From NCBI RefSeq assembly GCF_035653575.1, contig NZ_DASRBQ010000006.1, positions 30,325 to 54,324 on the forward strand: 24,000 nucleotides of DNA, in the 5' to 3' direction. Shown here piece after piece: positions 16,249-24,000 of this stretch. Position 1 is the first letter of the stretch. Each line of letters begins with the position of its first letter. The notes beneath the pieces were generated by a model. The model made no database searches. It was given only the letters and a program-made list of their open reading frames with translations, and had not been told where the DNA came from. A program made the translations under genes and the position numbers. This DNA comes from Actinocrinis sp. (GTDB taxonomy: Bacteria; Actinomycetota; Actinomycetes; Streptomycetales; Catenulisporaceae).

Positions 16249-17505
16249 TCAGCCGCCGAACGTACCGACCTTGACGCCGTTGTCCCAGGCGCCGTTCTCG
16301 ACCTTGTACATGGTCAGCTGCTTGTTCCCGGTGTCACCGAACTGGTCGAAGGACACGTGGCCGGTGACCCCGTCGAAGGAGACGTTCTGCTCGGCCGCCT
16401 CGACCTTCTGCCGGAAGTCGGAGGAGCTGCTGGGCACCTTGCCGCCGTTGGCCGCCACGACCGCCTTGACCGCCTCGATGATCGACCAGGCCGCGTCGTA
16501 GGAGTAACCGCCGTAGACCGCGTACGGAGCCGAGTAGCCGGCCGCGTTGTAGTTCGAGATGAACGTCTTCGCGGAGGCCAGTGTCGAGATCGGCGCGCCG
16601 GGCACGGTGGCGTAGTCACCGTTGGCCGCCGCGGCGCCCGCCAGCTTGATGTAGGTCGGGTCCTGGATACCGTCGCCGCCCATCAGCGGGATGTTGACGC
16701 CGCCGCCCTTGAGCTGCTTGGAAAGGGGACCGGCGACCGGGTACTCACCGCCGTAGTACAGCAGCTGCGCGCCCGAGCTCTTGACCGCGCTGACCACCGC
16801 CGCGAAGTCGGTGCTGGTGTCGGAGACCGTCTGGTTCACCACGACCGTGCCGCCGAGCTTCTTGAACTCCTGGCTGAAGGTCCCGGCCAGGCCGGCGCCG
16901 TAGGTCTTTCCGTCGTTGACCACGGCCACCTTGGTGATCTTCAGGTCGCTGTAGACGTAGTCCGCGGCGAACGGACCCTGGACCTTGTCCGTGGTCACCA
17001 CGCGGAAGTATGACTTGTACGGCCGCACCGGACTGGTCTGCCAGTTCGGGCCCTGTGTCAGCGACGGGTTGGTGTTGGCCGGCGAGACCTCGGTGACGTT
17101 CGCCTGGTCGAACACCTGCTGCATCGACTGCGCGACGCTGGAGTTGAGCGGGCCGACCACGCCGACCACGGCGCTGTCCGCGACCAGCGCGGTGGCGTTC
17201 TGCTGGCCGATCGTCGGGTTCGCCTGGTCGTCCTTGGCCACCAGCTTGAAGGTGACGCCCGGCACCTCGTTGTTCTTGTTCGCGGTCTTGAGCGCCAGGT
17301 CGGTCGAGTTCTGGATGCCCAGACCCAGCGCGGCCAGCGAGCCGGTCAGCGGGGCGTCGACCCCGATCTCCACCACCGTGCCGCCGCTGCTGCCGCCGGT
17401 GCTGCTGCCGCTCGACGGGCTCCCCCCTCGGGAGCCGCATCCGGCCAGGGTCAGAGCACCGACGGCGATGACCGCGCTCATCTTGTAGAGCGAAGTGCTT
17501 CGCAT
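16249..17505 (-). CDS. Branched-chain amino-acid ABC transporter substrate-binding lipoprotein (LivJ/LivK family, type I periplasmic binding protein)
   Basis: The start is set at ATG 17505 (GAGGGAGAG 6 nt upstream), giving 418 aa. The N-terminus MRSTSLYKMSAVIAVGALTLAGCGS has a lipobox (LAGC). A Gly/Ser linker precedes the Leu/Ile/Val-binding-type core (IGVDAPLTGSLAALG). The track ORF start at 17694 is unsupported. Confidence 0.85.
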   Translation of the reverse strand: MRSTSLYKMSAVIAVGALTLAGCGSRGGSPSSGSSTGGSSGGTVVEIGVDAPLTGSLAALGLGIQNSTDLALKTANKNNEVPGVTFKLVAKDDQANPTIGQQNATALVADSAVVGVVGPLNSSVAQSMQQVFDQANVTEVSPANTNPSLTQGPNWQTSPVRPYKSYFRVVTTDKVQGPFAADYVYSDLKITKVAVVNDGKTYGAGLAGTFSQEFKKLGGTVVVNQTVSDTSTDFAAVVSAVKSSGAQLLYYGGEYPVAGPLSKQLKGGGVNIPLMGGDGIQDPTYIKLAGAAAANGDYATVPGAPISTLASAKTFISNYNAAGYSAPYAVYGGYSYDAAWSIIEAVKAVVAANGGKVPSSSSDFRQKVEAAEQNVSFDGVTGHVSFDQFGDTGNKQLTMYKVENGAWDNGVKVGTFGG

Positions 17506-17644
17506 AAACGTCTCTCCCTCGTAGTGGCAGGGCACCGGAGGCGGGGGCGTGGTGGCGCCCGCTTCTTCCGACCAAGCCTCGTAGGCGAATCCGCATGGAT
17601 TGCGGGAGAGAGTAGTGCGCGGCCTGCTGACTGGGCAGGGGTTT

Positions 17645-17674
17645 GCTCTACACTTGATCGTCTCGTTATGTGAA
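17645..17674 (-). promoter_or_regulatory. Candidate housekeeping-sigma promoter for the liv operon
   Basis: On the minus strand: TTCACA (-35, plus coordinates 17669-17674), an 18-nt spacer, then TAGAGC (-10, 17645-17650). The -10 is close to the Streptomyces TAGRRT-type consensus. This promoter would give a leader of about 130 nt. Pattern match only. Confidence 0.3.
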
Positions 17675-18014
17675 ATCCACGTGTCCCGCCGCACGTAGAT
17701 CGGTGTATTCGGCGATCACCTGCGATCTTGGCCGAGCCCGCGGCCGCGCGCGAGCCCGGTTCACCCCGTCGGCGTACGGCCGTTCGGGTGCGCCCGCAGA
17801 AGCCGGCGCGGCGCCGGGCACGGCGGGTGACCAACCGGCGACAAAGGCGGCATAGCCCGCGAGAGATCACGAAACGGATAACATCGCCGCGCGCGCCTCG
17901 ATCAGGCGGCGTCTCAGGCAACAAGATGAACACGGTTCTTCCGGTTGCAATATCCAAGTGAAACCATGCGGCGCAGCAGCCCCTACGCCACGAACGAAGG
18001 AAGCGGATCTCTTC

Positions 18015-18935
18015 ATGCCACAGCTCATCGGGCACCGCGCCGTCGCGGGCGGCGCAATCCTCGCCGCCGCCGCACTGCTCGCCGCAGGCTGCGCGAGCAA
18101 CCCGGCCACCTCCGCCGGCTCCGGATCGGGGTCGAGCGCGTCGGCGAGCGCCGGGACCGACCCGAAGTCGCTGGTCCCGGCGGACGTCAAGGCCAAGGGC
18201 ACGCTCATCGTGGCCGCCGACGCCTCGTACGCGCCGAACGAGTTCTTCGCCAGCGACGGTAAGACGATCATCGGCATGGACGCGGACCTGGCCCAGGCGC
18301 TCGGCCAGGAGCTGGGCCTGAAGGTGACCGTGCAGAACGTGACCTTCGACAGCATTCTCGCCGGCATCAGCGCGGGCAAGTACGACCTGGGCATGTCCTC
18401 CTTCACGGACACCAAGGAGCGCGAGGGCGCGGTCGACTTCGTGACCTACTTCTCCGCGGGCAGCTCCCTGATGGTCAAGGCGGGCAACCCTGAGGGCCTC
18501 AAGCCGAACGACCTGTCGCTGTGCGGTAAGACGCTCGCGGTAGAGAAGGGCACCGTGCAGGAGAGCACGGACATCCCGGCGGACACCAAGACGTGCACCA
18601 GCGCCGGAAAGCCGGCGGTCAAGGGCCTGTCCTTCGACGACCAGAACGGGGCCAACCTCGCGCTCTCCAGCGGCCGCGCGGACGGCGTGCTCGCCGACTC
18701 GCCGGTGGCGGCCTACGCGGCGAAGCAGTCCGACGGCAAGTTCGTCATCTCCGGCCAGCCGTACGGCACCGCGCCCTACGGCATCGCGATGCCCAAGGGC
18801 ACCGGGATGTCCAACGCGGTCCTCGCCGCGCTCAAGGTGCTGATCTCCAACGGGACCTACACCCAGATCCTCACCAAGTGGGGCATCCAGGACGGCGCGA
18901 TCACCAACCCCGTGATCAACGGCGCCACGAGCTGA
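18015..18935 (+). CDS. Polar amino-acid ABC transporter substrate-binding lipoprotein (family 3 binding protein)
   Basis: The start is set at ATG 18015 (GAAGGAAG upstream), giving 306 aa. The N-terminus MPQLIGHRAVAGGAILAAAALLAAGCAS has a lipobox. The core GTLIVAADASYAPNEF ... GMDADLAQALG ... YDLGMSSFTDT is typical of the family. Confidence 0.85.
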   Translation: MPQLIGHRAVAGGAILAAAALLAAGCASNPATSAGSGSGSSASASAGTDPKSLVPADVKAKGTLIVAADASYAPNEFFASDGKTIIGMDADLAQALGQELGLKVTVQNVTFDSILAGISAGKYDLGMSSFTDTKEREGAVDFVTYFSAGSSLMVKAGNPEGLKPNDLSLCGKTLAVEKGTVQESTDIPADTKTCTSAGKPAVKGLSFDDQNGANLALSSGRADGVLADSPVAAYAAKQSDGKFVISGQPYGTAPYGIAMPKGTGMSNAVLAALKVLISNGTYTQILTKWGIQDGAITNPVINGATS

Positions 18936-18942
18936 GTGCTGC

Positions 18943-19932
18943 GTGAGTGAGCAAGTGAGCGAACAAGCCACGACCGCCGAGGCGGCGCAGCGAGCACGGC
19001 CCGAGACCATACGGGCCGTGCCGGTGCGCCACCCCGGCCGGTGGGTGGCGGCGGCGGTCATCGCGGTGCTGCTGGCGATGTTGCTGAACAACCTCGCCAC
19101 CAACGTGCGCTGGCAGGGCTGGATCATCGGCCAGTACCTGTTCAACAGCCAGGTGCTGCACGGGGTGGCCGCCACCCTCTGGCTGACCGTCATCGCGATG
19201 ATCGTCGGCGTGGTCGGCGGCGTGATCCTGGCCGTGATGCGACTGTCGGACAACCCGATCGTCTCCTCGGCGGCCTGGGTCTACATCTGGTTCTTCCGCG
19301 GCACCCCGCTGCTGGTCCAGCTGTTCTTCTGGTACAACATCGCGGCGCTGTTCCCGACCATCTCCGTCGGCATCCCGTTCGGCCCCGGCTTCCACACCTG
19401 GTCGACCGTCACCCTGGTCACCCCGTTCGCCGCGTCGATCCTCGGCCTCGGCCTCAACGAGGCGGCGTACATGTCGGAGATCGTGCGCGCGGGCATCATC
19501 GCGGTGGACGAGGGCCAGACGGAGGCGGCCTGCGCGCTCGGCATGCGCAGGCTGCTGATCATGCGGCGGATCGTGCTGCCGCAGGCGATGCGGGTGATCA
19601 TCCCGCCCACCGGCAACGAGACCATCTCGATGCTGAAGAACACCTCGCTGGTCTCCGTCGTCGCCGGCTTCGACCTGCTGGTCTCGGTACAGCGGATCTA
19701 CAACGCCAACTACAAGATCATCCCGCTGCTGGTGGTCGCCTCGATCTGGTATCTGGTGATGACCTCGATCCTGACGGTGGGTCAGTACTACGTGGAGCGC
19801 CACTACGCCCGCGGCTCGGTGCGCAACCTGCCGCCGACGCCGCCGCAGAAGCTGCGCGAGTTCTTCGTGCGCAACTTCTTCCCACGCCACGCGGTGCCTG
19901 CCTCGGCGCCGGCCCGGGGAGGTGACGCGTGA
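18943..19932 (+). CDS. Amino-acid ABC transporter permease (His/Glu/Gln/Arg/opine family)
   Basis: 329 aa. It has the EAA-loop region [29 protein letters not shown], multiple TM segments and a GTG start. Confidence 0.85.
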   Translation: MSEQVSEQATTAEAAQRARPETIRAVPVRHPGRWVAAAVIAVLLAMLLNNLATNVRWQGWIIGQYLFNSQVLHGVAATLWLTVIAMIVGVVGGVILAVMRLSDNPIVSSAAWVYIWFFRGTPLLVQLFFWYNIAALFPTISVGIPFGPGFHTWSTVTLVTPFAASILGLGLNEAAYMSEIVRAGIIAVDEGQTEAACALGMRRLLIMRRIVLPQAMRVIIPPTGNETISMLKNTSLVSVVAGFDLLVSVQRIYNANYKIIPLLVVASIWYLVMTSILTVGQYYVERHYARGSVRNLPPTPPQKLREFFVRNFFPRHAVPASAPARGGDA

Positions 19933-20807
19933 CCACCGTGCCCACTCCCGAGGACGGCGCCCTGCCCGAGGCGCAGACACAGACGCAGAACGCTGACGTG
20001 GCCCCCGCCTCGGCGACGCGCGCGACCACGGCCACCACGACGCCGGTCACGCCGATGGTCGAGGCCCTGGACGTGCACAAGTCCTACGGCCGCGTCGAGG
20101 TGCTCAAGGGCATCACGCTCAAGGTCATGCCGCGCGAGGTGATGTGCCTGATCGGCCCGTCCGGATCCGGCAAGTCGACCTTCCTGCGGTGCATCAACCA
20201 CCTGGAGAAGATCAACGCCGGGCGGCTGAGCGTGGACGGCGAGCTGGTCGGCTACCAGCAGCGCGGCTCGCGCCTGCACGAGCTGCACGAGCGCGAGGTG
20301 GCCCGGCAGCGCACCGAGATCGGCATGGTGTTCCAGCGGTTCAACCTGTTCCCGCACATGACGGCGATCGAGAACATCGTCGAGGCGCCGATCCGGGTCA
20401 AGGGCGAGCCGAAGGACGCCGCGCGGGCGCACGCCCGCGAACTGCTGGAGAAGGTAGGGCTCGGCGACCGGGCGACCGCGTACCCGAACCAGCTGTCCGG
20501 CGGTCAGCAGCAGCGGGTCGCGATCGCGCGGGCGCTGGCGATGCGACCGAAGCTGATGCTGTTCGACGAGCCGACCTCGGCGCTGGACCCTGAGCTTGTC
20601 GGCGACGTGCTCGCGGTCATGCGCCAGCTCGCCGACGACGGCATGACCATGATCGTGGTCACCCACGAGATGGGCTTCGCTCGGGAGGTCGGCGACTCGC
20701 TGGTGTTCATGGACGGCGGCGTCGTGGTCGAGCGCGGCAATCCGCGCGAGGTACTGGCCAACCCGCAGCACGAGCGCACTCGCTCGTTCCTGTCCAAGGT
20801 GCTGTGA
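19929..20807 (+). CDS. Amino-acid ABC transporter ATP-binding protein (GlnQ type) with an about 42-aa Thr/Ala-rich N-terminal extension
   Basis: Walker [10 protein letters not shown], signature [15 protein letters not shown] and Walker [13 protein letters not shown] are present. GTG 19929 overlaps the permease stop (GTGA), and GC3 is high through the extension. The alternative start is ATG 20055. Confidence 0.85.
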   Translation: MTTVPTPEDGALPEAQTQTQNADVAPASATRATTATTTPVTPMVEALDVHKSYGRVEVLKGITLKVMPREVMCLIGPSGSGKSTFLRCINHLEKINAGRLSVDGELVGYQQRGSRLHELHEREVARQRTEIGMVFQRFNLFPHMTAIENIVEAPIRVKGEPKDAARAHARELLEKVGLGDRATAYPNQLSGGQQQRVAIARALAMRPKLMLFDEPTSALDPELVGDVLAVMRQLADDGMTMIVVTHEMGFAREVGDSLVFMDGGVVVERGNPREVLANPQHERTRSFLSKVL

Positions 20808-20830
20808 CGGGCGGCTAAGCTCGCGAACCG

Positions 20831-20861
20831 AAAGGGCGGACACCAGGCGGGTCCGCCCTTT
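20831..20861. terminator. Bidirectional intrinsic terminator between the convergent ABC ATPase gene and pdtaR
   Basis: AAAGGGCGGAC (20831-20841) pairs perfectly with GTCCGCCCTTT (20851-20861) around a 9-nt loop. A/T runs flank both sides. Confidence 0.75.
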
Positions 20862-20938
20862 CGTCTGCCTGCGTTCTTACGCCGCGCGGCCGTGCCGCTC
20901 AGCTAGACACAGCCGCCGCACCTACCCGCCGGCGAGGC

Positions 20939-21577
20939 TCAACCCTCGCTCTTCACCTCGGCCTCGCCGCCCTCAGCCTTCGGCGCACCGGTTCCGTCGA
21001 TGACCGCCTGTGCGACCTCACGCATCGTCAGCCGCCGGTCCATCGACGTCTTCTGAATCCAGCGGAACGCCTCCGGCTCGGTCATCCCGAGCTGCACCTG
21101 CAGCAGGCCCTTCGCGCGGTCCACCAGCTTGCGGGTCTCGAACCGCGCGGCGAGGTCGGCGACCTCGTTCTCCAGCGCGCGCAGCTCCTCGTAGCGGGTG
21201 GTGGCCATCTCGATCGCCGGCACCAGGTCCGCCTTCGAGAACGGCTTGACCAGGTAGGCCATCGCCCCGGCGTCGCGGGCCCGCTCGACCAGCTCGCGCT
21301 GGGAGAAGGCGGTCAGCATCAGCACCGGCGCGATCTTCTCGGCGCCGATCCGCTCGGCCGCCGAGATCCCGTCGAGCACCGGCATCTTCACGTCGAGTAT
21401 CACCAGGTCGGGCCGGTGCTCGGCGGCCAGCTTCACCGCGTCCTCACCGTTGCCGGCCTGCCCGACGACCTCGTAGCCCTCTTCCTGCAGCATCTCGGCG
21501 AGGTCCATCCGGATCAGGGCCTCGTCCTCGGCGATCACCACACGCTTGCGCGCCTGGCCCTTGTCGTCGGCGGTCAT
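20939..21577 (-). CDS. pdtaR: Response regulator with a receiver plus ANTAR RNA-binding output domain (PdtaR type)
   Basis: 212 aa. VVIAEDEALIRMDLAEMLQEEGYEVVGQAGNGEDAV ... DLVILDVKMP ... AMAYLVKPF is the receiver. ETRKLVDRAKGLLQ ... EAFRWIQKTSMDRR is the ANTAR domain. By my recollection of M. tuberculosis Rv1626, the two are nearly colinear. Confidence 0.9.
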   Translation of the reverse strand: MTADDKGQARKRVVIAEDEALIRMDLAEMLQEEGYEVVGQAGNGEDAVKLAAEHRPDLVILDVKMPVLDGISAAERIGAEKIAPVLMLTAFSQRELVERARDAGAMAYLVKPFSKADLVPAIEMATTRYEELRALENEVADLAARFETRKLVDRAKGLLQVQLGMTEPEAFRWIQKTSMDRRLTMREVAQAVIDGTGAPKAEGGEAEVKSEG

Positions 21578-21687
21578 GTCGGCTGCCCCTCGTCGTCTTA
21601 ACCCTGCACTGCTCGTCTGCCGCCAAGCTTAGTGGACGGGCAACCGGGAGGCCGGGGCTCTCCACCATCCGGTATGCTGCGACTCGC

Positions 21688-21761
21688 GCCCTGGTATTCC
21701 AATCGGCAGAGAAAGCGGTCTCAAACACCGTATAGTGTGGGTTCGAGTCCCACCCAGGGCA
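21688..21761 (+). tRNA. tRNA gene, 74 nt; hand fold gives anticodon CAA (Leu, reads UUG) with only a 5-nt variable loop
   Basis: Cloverleaf by eye. Acceptor stem GCCCTGG/CCAGGGC with discriminator A and no encoded CCA. D-arm TTCC-AATCGGCAG-AGAA. Anticodon arm GCGGT-CTCAAAC-ACCGT. Variable loop ATAGT. T-arm GTGGG-TTCGAGT-CCCAC. A TATGCT (-10-like) element lies 10 nt upstream. The isotype needs covariance-model confirmation. Confidence 0.8.
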
Positions 21762-21809
21762 CTTATACAGTCTGAGCTCGGGAGCCGGCGAAATCCCGGG
21801 AAACACAAC

Positions 21810-21838
21810 GGGCCGGTCCGAATTACTCGGACCGGCCC
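21810..21838. terminator. Bidirectional terminator hairpin between the tRNA gene and the convergent pyk
   Basis: GGGCCGGTCCGA (21810-21821) pairs perfectly with TCGGACCGGCCC (21827-21838) around a 5-nt loop. It lies 22 nt beyond the pyk stop. Confidence 0.7.
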
Positions 21839-21859
21839 GCGGCGTTGAAGCCCGTGGGC

Positions 21860-23329
21860 TTACCGGTCGGTCTGCCGGTAGGCGGGGGCCACGCCGGTGA
21901 CCGCGTCGCCGATGCGGTGGACGCGCACCGCATTGGTGGAGCCCGGAATGCCGGGCGGGGAGCCGGCCGTGATGATGATCAGTTCGCCGGGCTGGCAGCG
22001 GCCGAGCTTGAGCAGGGCCTGGTCCACCTGGACCACCATCTCGTCGGTGCTGCCGACCTCGTCGCCGATGAAGGTCTCCACGCCCCAGCTCAGGGCCAGC
22101 TGGGAGCGGACGATCGGCTCGGGCGTGAAGGCCAGGATCGGGATCGGCGAGCGGTAGCGGCTGAGCCTGCGCGCGGTGTCGCCGCTCTTGGTGAACGCGA
22201 CCAGATAGCTGGCGCTCAGATAATCGCCCAGCTCCGCGGCCGCGCGGGCGACCGCGCCGCCCTTGGTGCGGGGCTTGGAGATCGACGGCGGCAGGCCCTT
22301 GGCCAGGACCTGCTCCTCGACCGCGCAGATGATCTTGGCCATGGTCTGCACGGTCTCGACCGGGTAGTCGCCGACCGAGGTCTCCGCCGAGAGCATGACC
22401 GCGTCGGCGCCGTCGAAGATCGCGTTGGCCACGTCGCTGGCCTCGGCCCGGGTGGGGCGGGAGGCGCTGATCATCGAGTCGAGCATCTGGGTCGCCACGA
22501 TGACCGGCTTGGCGTTGCGCCGGCACATGGTGATCAGCTTCTTCTGTACCAGCGGGACCTGCTCGAGCGGCATCTCCACGCCGAGGTCGCCGCGGGCCAC
22601 CATGATCGCGTCGAAGGCGTCGACGACCTCGTCGAGGTTCTCCACCGCCTGCGGCTTCTCGACCTTGGCGATGACCGGCAGGTGCACGCCCAACTCGTCC
22701 ATCACCGCGTGCACGTCGTCGACGTCCTTGGCGCTGCGCACGAAGGAGAGCGCGATCATGTCGGCGCGCAGGCCGACCTCGTTCTCGCCGAGCGCCCAGC
22801 GCAGGTCCGCCACGTCCTTCTCGGACAGCGCCGGGACGGAGACCGCGACGCCGGGCAGGTTGATGCCCTTGTTGTTGGAGACCTTGCCGCCCTCGACGGT
22901 GGTGCAGATCACCCGGGGGCCGTCCACCTCGACCACGTCGAGCGCGACCCGGCCGTCGTCGATCAGGATCCGGTCGCCCGGGTTGCAGTCGCCCGCCAGG
23001 CCCTTGTAGGTGGTGGAGCAGATGTTCTGGTCGCCGGGTACGTCCTCGGTGGTGATGATGAAGCGGTCGCCGCGCTGCAGCTTGATCGGGCCCTCGGCGA
23101 AGGTGCCGAGACGGATCTTCGGGCCCTGCAGGTCGACCAGGATGCCGACCGCCTTGCCCGCCTCGTCGGCGGCCTTGCGCAGGTTGAAGTAGCGGACCTC
23201 GTGCTCGGCGTAGGAGCCGTGCGACAGGTTGAGCCGGCCGATGTCGAGGCCGGCGGCGACCAGGGCCTTCAGCTGCTCCGGGGTTTCGGCCGAGGGGCCG
23301 AGAGTACAGACGATTTTCGCGCGACGCAT
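21860..23329 (-). CDS. pyk: Pyruvate kinase
   Basis: The start is set at ATG 23329 (MRRAKIVCTLGPS...), giving 489 aa. Conserved blocks include NLSHGS, GPKIRLG, MVARGDLGVE, VIVATQMLDSM and DGADAVMLSAETS. The track ORF start at 23395 adds 22 unsupported residues. Confidence 0.95.
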   Translation of the reverse strand: MRRAKIVCTLGPSAETPEQLKALVAAGLDIGRLNLSHGSYAEHEVRYFNLRKAADEAGKAVGILVDLQGPKIRLGTFAEGPIKLQRGDRFIITTEDVPGDQNICSTTYKGLAGDCNPGDRILIDDGRVALDVVEVDGPRVICTTVEGGKVSNNKGINLPGVAVSVPALSEKDVADLRWALGENEVGLRADMIALSFVRSAKDVDDVHAVMDELGVHLPVIAKVEKPQAVENLDEVVDAFDAIMVARGDLGVEMPLEQVPLVQKKLITMCRRNAKPVIVATQMLDSMISASRPTRAEASDVANAIFDGADAVMLSAETSVGDYPVETVQTMAKIICAVEEQVLAKGLPPSISKPRTKGGAVARAAAELGDYLSASYLVAFTKSGDTARRLSRYRSPIPILAFTPEPIVRSQLALSWGVETFIGDEVGSTDEMVVQVDQALLKLGRCQPGELIIITAGSPPGIPGSTNAVRVHRIGDAVTGVAPAYRQTDR

Positions 23330-23462
23330 GAAAGCGACCCTATCCCTTACCCAGCGGTAACTAGTCCCGAACGGGCTCATTCGTAACGGAATCACCGGAT
23401 GCGCGCACCAACCGGCGAAGTGGTCTGCCGGCCATCGTACCCAGGCCGGGTGAACACGGGTC

Positions 23463-23491
23463 GGCCGCCCACCAAGGCTTGGTGGGCGGCC
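23463..23491 (-). terminator. GC-rich hairpin terminator downstream of gltD
   Basis: GGCCGCCCACCAAG (23463-23476) and CTTGGTGGGCGGCC (23478-23491) are perfect reverse complements. The hairpin lies 41 nt after the gltD stop. It is the actinobacterial type without a U-tract. Confidence 0.6.
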
Positions 23492-23531
23492 GGTGGAGCG
23501 TTAGTAATTCCGGCGATCCGGCGCCCGCGGG

Positions 23532-24000
23532 TCAGACGGTCAGCGGGCGCACGGTCGGGGCGATCGCGCTGGGCAGCGCGGAGACCCCGGCCAGGTACTT
23601 GTCGACCGCGGCGGCGGCGGAGCGGCCCTCGGCGATCGCCCAGACGATGAGCGACTGGCCGCGTCCGGCGTCTCCGGCGACGAACACGTTGTCGACGTTG
23701 GTGCGGTAGTCGCCGTCGCGCTTGATGTTGCCGCGCTCGTCGAGGTCCAGGCCGAGCTGGCCGACCAGTCCGTTGTCCTGCTCCGGGCCGGTGAAGCCCA
23801 TGGCGAGGAGAACGAGCTGGGCGGGGATTTCGCGCTCGGTGCCGGGGACCGGGGTGAACCGGCCGTTCTCGAGGACGACCTCGGTGAGCTTGAGGGCGCG
23901 CACGTTGCCGTTCTCGTCGCCGAGGAACTCGGTGGTGTTGACGGCGTAGACGCGTTCACCGTTCTCCTCGTGTGCCGAGGAGACTCGGTAGATCATCGGG
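23532..24000 (-). CDS. gltD: Glutamate synthase (NADPH) small subunit, C-terminal part; the N-terminus lies beyond the window
   Basis: LVLLAMGFTGPE ... NVFVAGDAGRGQSLIVWAIAEGRSAAAAVDKYL is the conserved GltD C-terminus. The frame is open to the window edge. Confidence 0.9.
   Translation of the reverse strand, partial: PMIYRVSSAHEENGERVYAVNTTEFLGDENGNVRALKLTEVVLENGRFTPVPGTEREIPAQLVLLAMGFTGPEQDNGLVGQLGLDLDERGNIKRDGDYRTNVDNVFVAGDAGRGQSLIVWAIAEGRSAAAAVDKYLAGVSALPSAIAPTVRPLTV

Noticed and set aside
17926-17953. Possible promoter for the polar amino-acid operon (TGAACA ... CAATAT).
   Set aside because: The spacer is about 15-16 nt and the -10 matches neither TATAAT nor the actinobacterial TANNNT pattern well. 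It is not supportable from sequence alone.
17728-17961. 77-aa extremely Arg-rich small ORF (TTG start) in the long liv/SBP intergenic region, and the overlapping 61-aa ORF at 17670-17855.
   Set aside because: By hand count GC3 is only about 70%, far below real genes here. There is no Shine-Dalgarno, the start is TTG, and the sequence looks like translated GC-rich non-coding DNA. It is kept only as part of the long-leader observation.
17506-18014. Searched both strands for an ANTAR target, which is two tandem stem-loops with hexaloops carrying A at position 1 and G at position 4. Such a target could link PdtaR to the neighbouring transport operons.
   Set aside because: I found only isolated 5-bp hairpins with 5-, 6- or 7-nt loops that do not fit the A..G hexaloop pattern or the tandem arrangement. 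A by-eye search is weak evidence of absence, so no claim is made.
17478-19253. 591-aa minus-strand ORF spanning the intergenic region and the polar amino-acid transporter genes.
   Set aside because: It is antisense to a well-supported binding-protein gene and permease gene. The product is Arg/Ala/Gly-rich with no motifs, and the ORF crosses an obviously non-coding region. It is a high-GC artefact.
21600-21860. The tRNA gene as a possible integration hotspot (genomic island, att site).
   Set aside because: No integrase or recombinase gene is nearby, and there is no direct repeat of the tRNA 3' end elsewhere in the window. The tRNA is immediately followed by a terminator and the core gene pyk.
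21845-23386. 513-aa plus-strand ORF, and the 360-aa minus-strand ORF at 21444-22526.
   Set aside because: The first is antisense to pyruvate kinase. The second is an alternate frame that crosses pyk, the tRNA gene and the pdtaR start. Both translate to repetitive Arg/Gly/Asp/Pro-rich sequence.
1-24000. CRISPR arrays, insertion sequences, and tandem or interspersed repeats.
   Set aside because: No regularly spaced direct repeats and no transposase-like ORFs were seen. The only repeated structures are short GC-rich terminator hairpins, the short operator-like half-sites and the 18-nt motif shared by the two paralogs.

Overview
High-GC (about 70%) actinobacterial chromosome, Streptomyces-like in gene content and order. 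The window looks like conserved core, not a mobile or defence island. I recognise no integrase, transposase, CRISPR array, toxin-antitoxin pair or other defence gene.

Gene order, left to right:
- 3-oxoacid CoA-transferase A (5'-truncated) and B
- MHS-family MFS transporter
- DUF1932-type NAD(P)-binding protein
- divergent HxlR regulator and F420/PPOX-class oxidoreductase
- orphan ClpC-N-domain protein
- DNA polymerase I (minus strand), head-to-head with a PaaI hotdog thioesterase
- secreted GH8 glycoside hydrolase, bracketed by two paralogous uncharacterised single-pass membrane proteins
- a livFGMHJ-type branched-chain amino-acid ABC operon (minus strand)
- a polar amino-acid ABC operon (binding protein, permease, ATPase; plus strand)
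- the ANTAR response regulator PdtaR
- one tRNA gene
- pyruvate kinase
- the 3' part of glutamate synthase small subunit gltD

Items worth a second look:
1. The tRNA is only 74 nt with a short variable loop, yet by my hand fold it carries the leucine anticodon CAA and leucine-type body features.
2. The two paralogous membrane proteins around GH8 share an IEFEDD motif that is also conserved at nucleotide level.
3. The ClpC-NTD-only protein has atypical codon usage and a TTA codon.
4. Repeated half-sites lie in the HxlR/PPOX intergenic region.
5. An AT-rich inverted repeat lies in the GH8 promoter region.
6. A 509-bp divergent leader region separates the two amino-acid transport operons.

Many long ORFs in the six-frame track are antisense or alternate-frame artefacts of high GC and were rejected. 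All folds, motif matches and codon counts were done by eye and need software confirmation.
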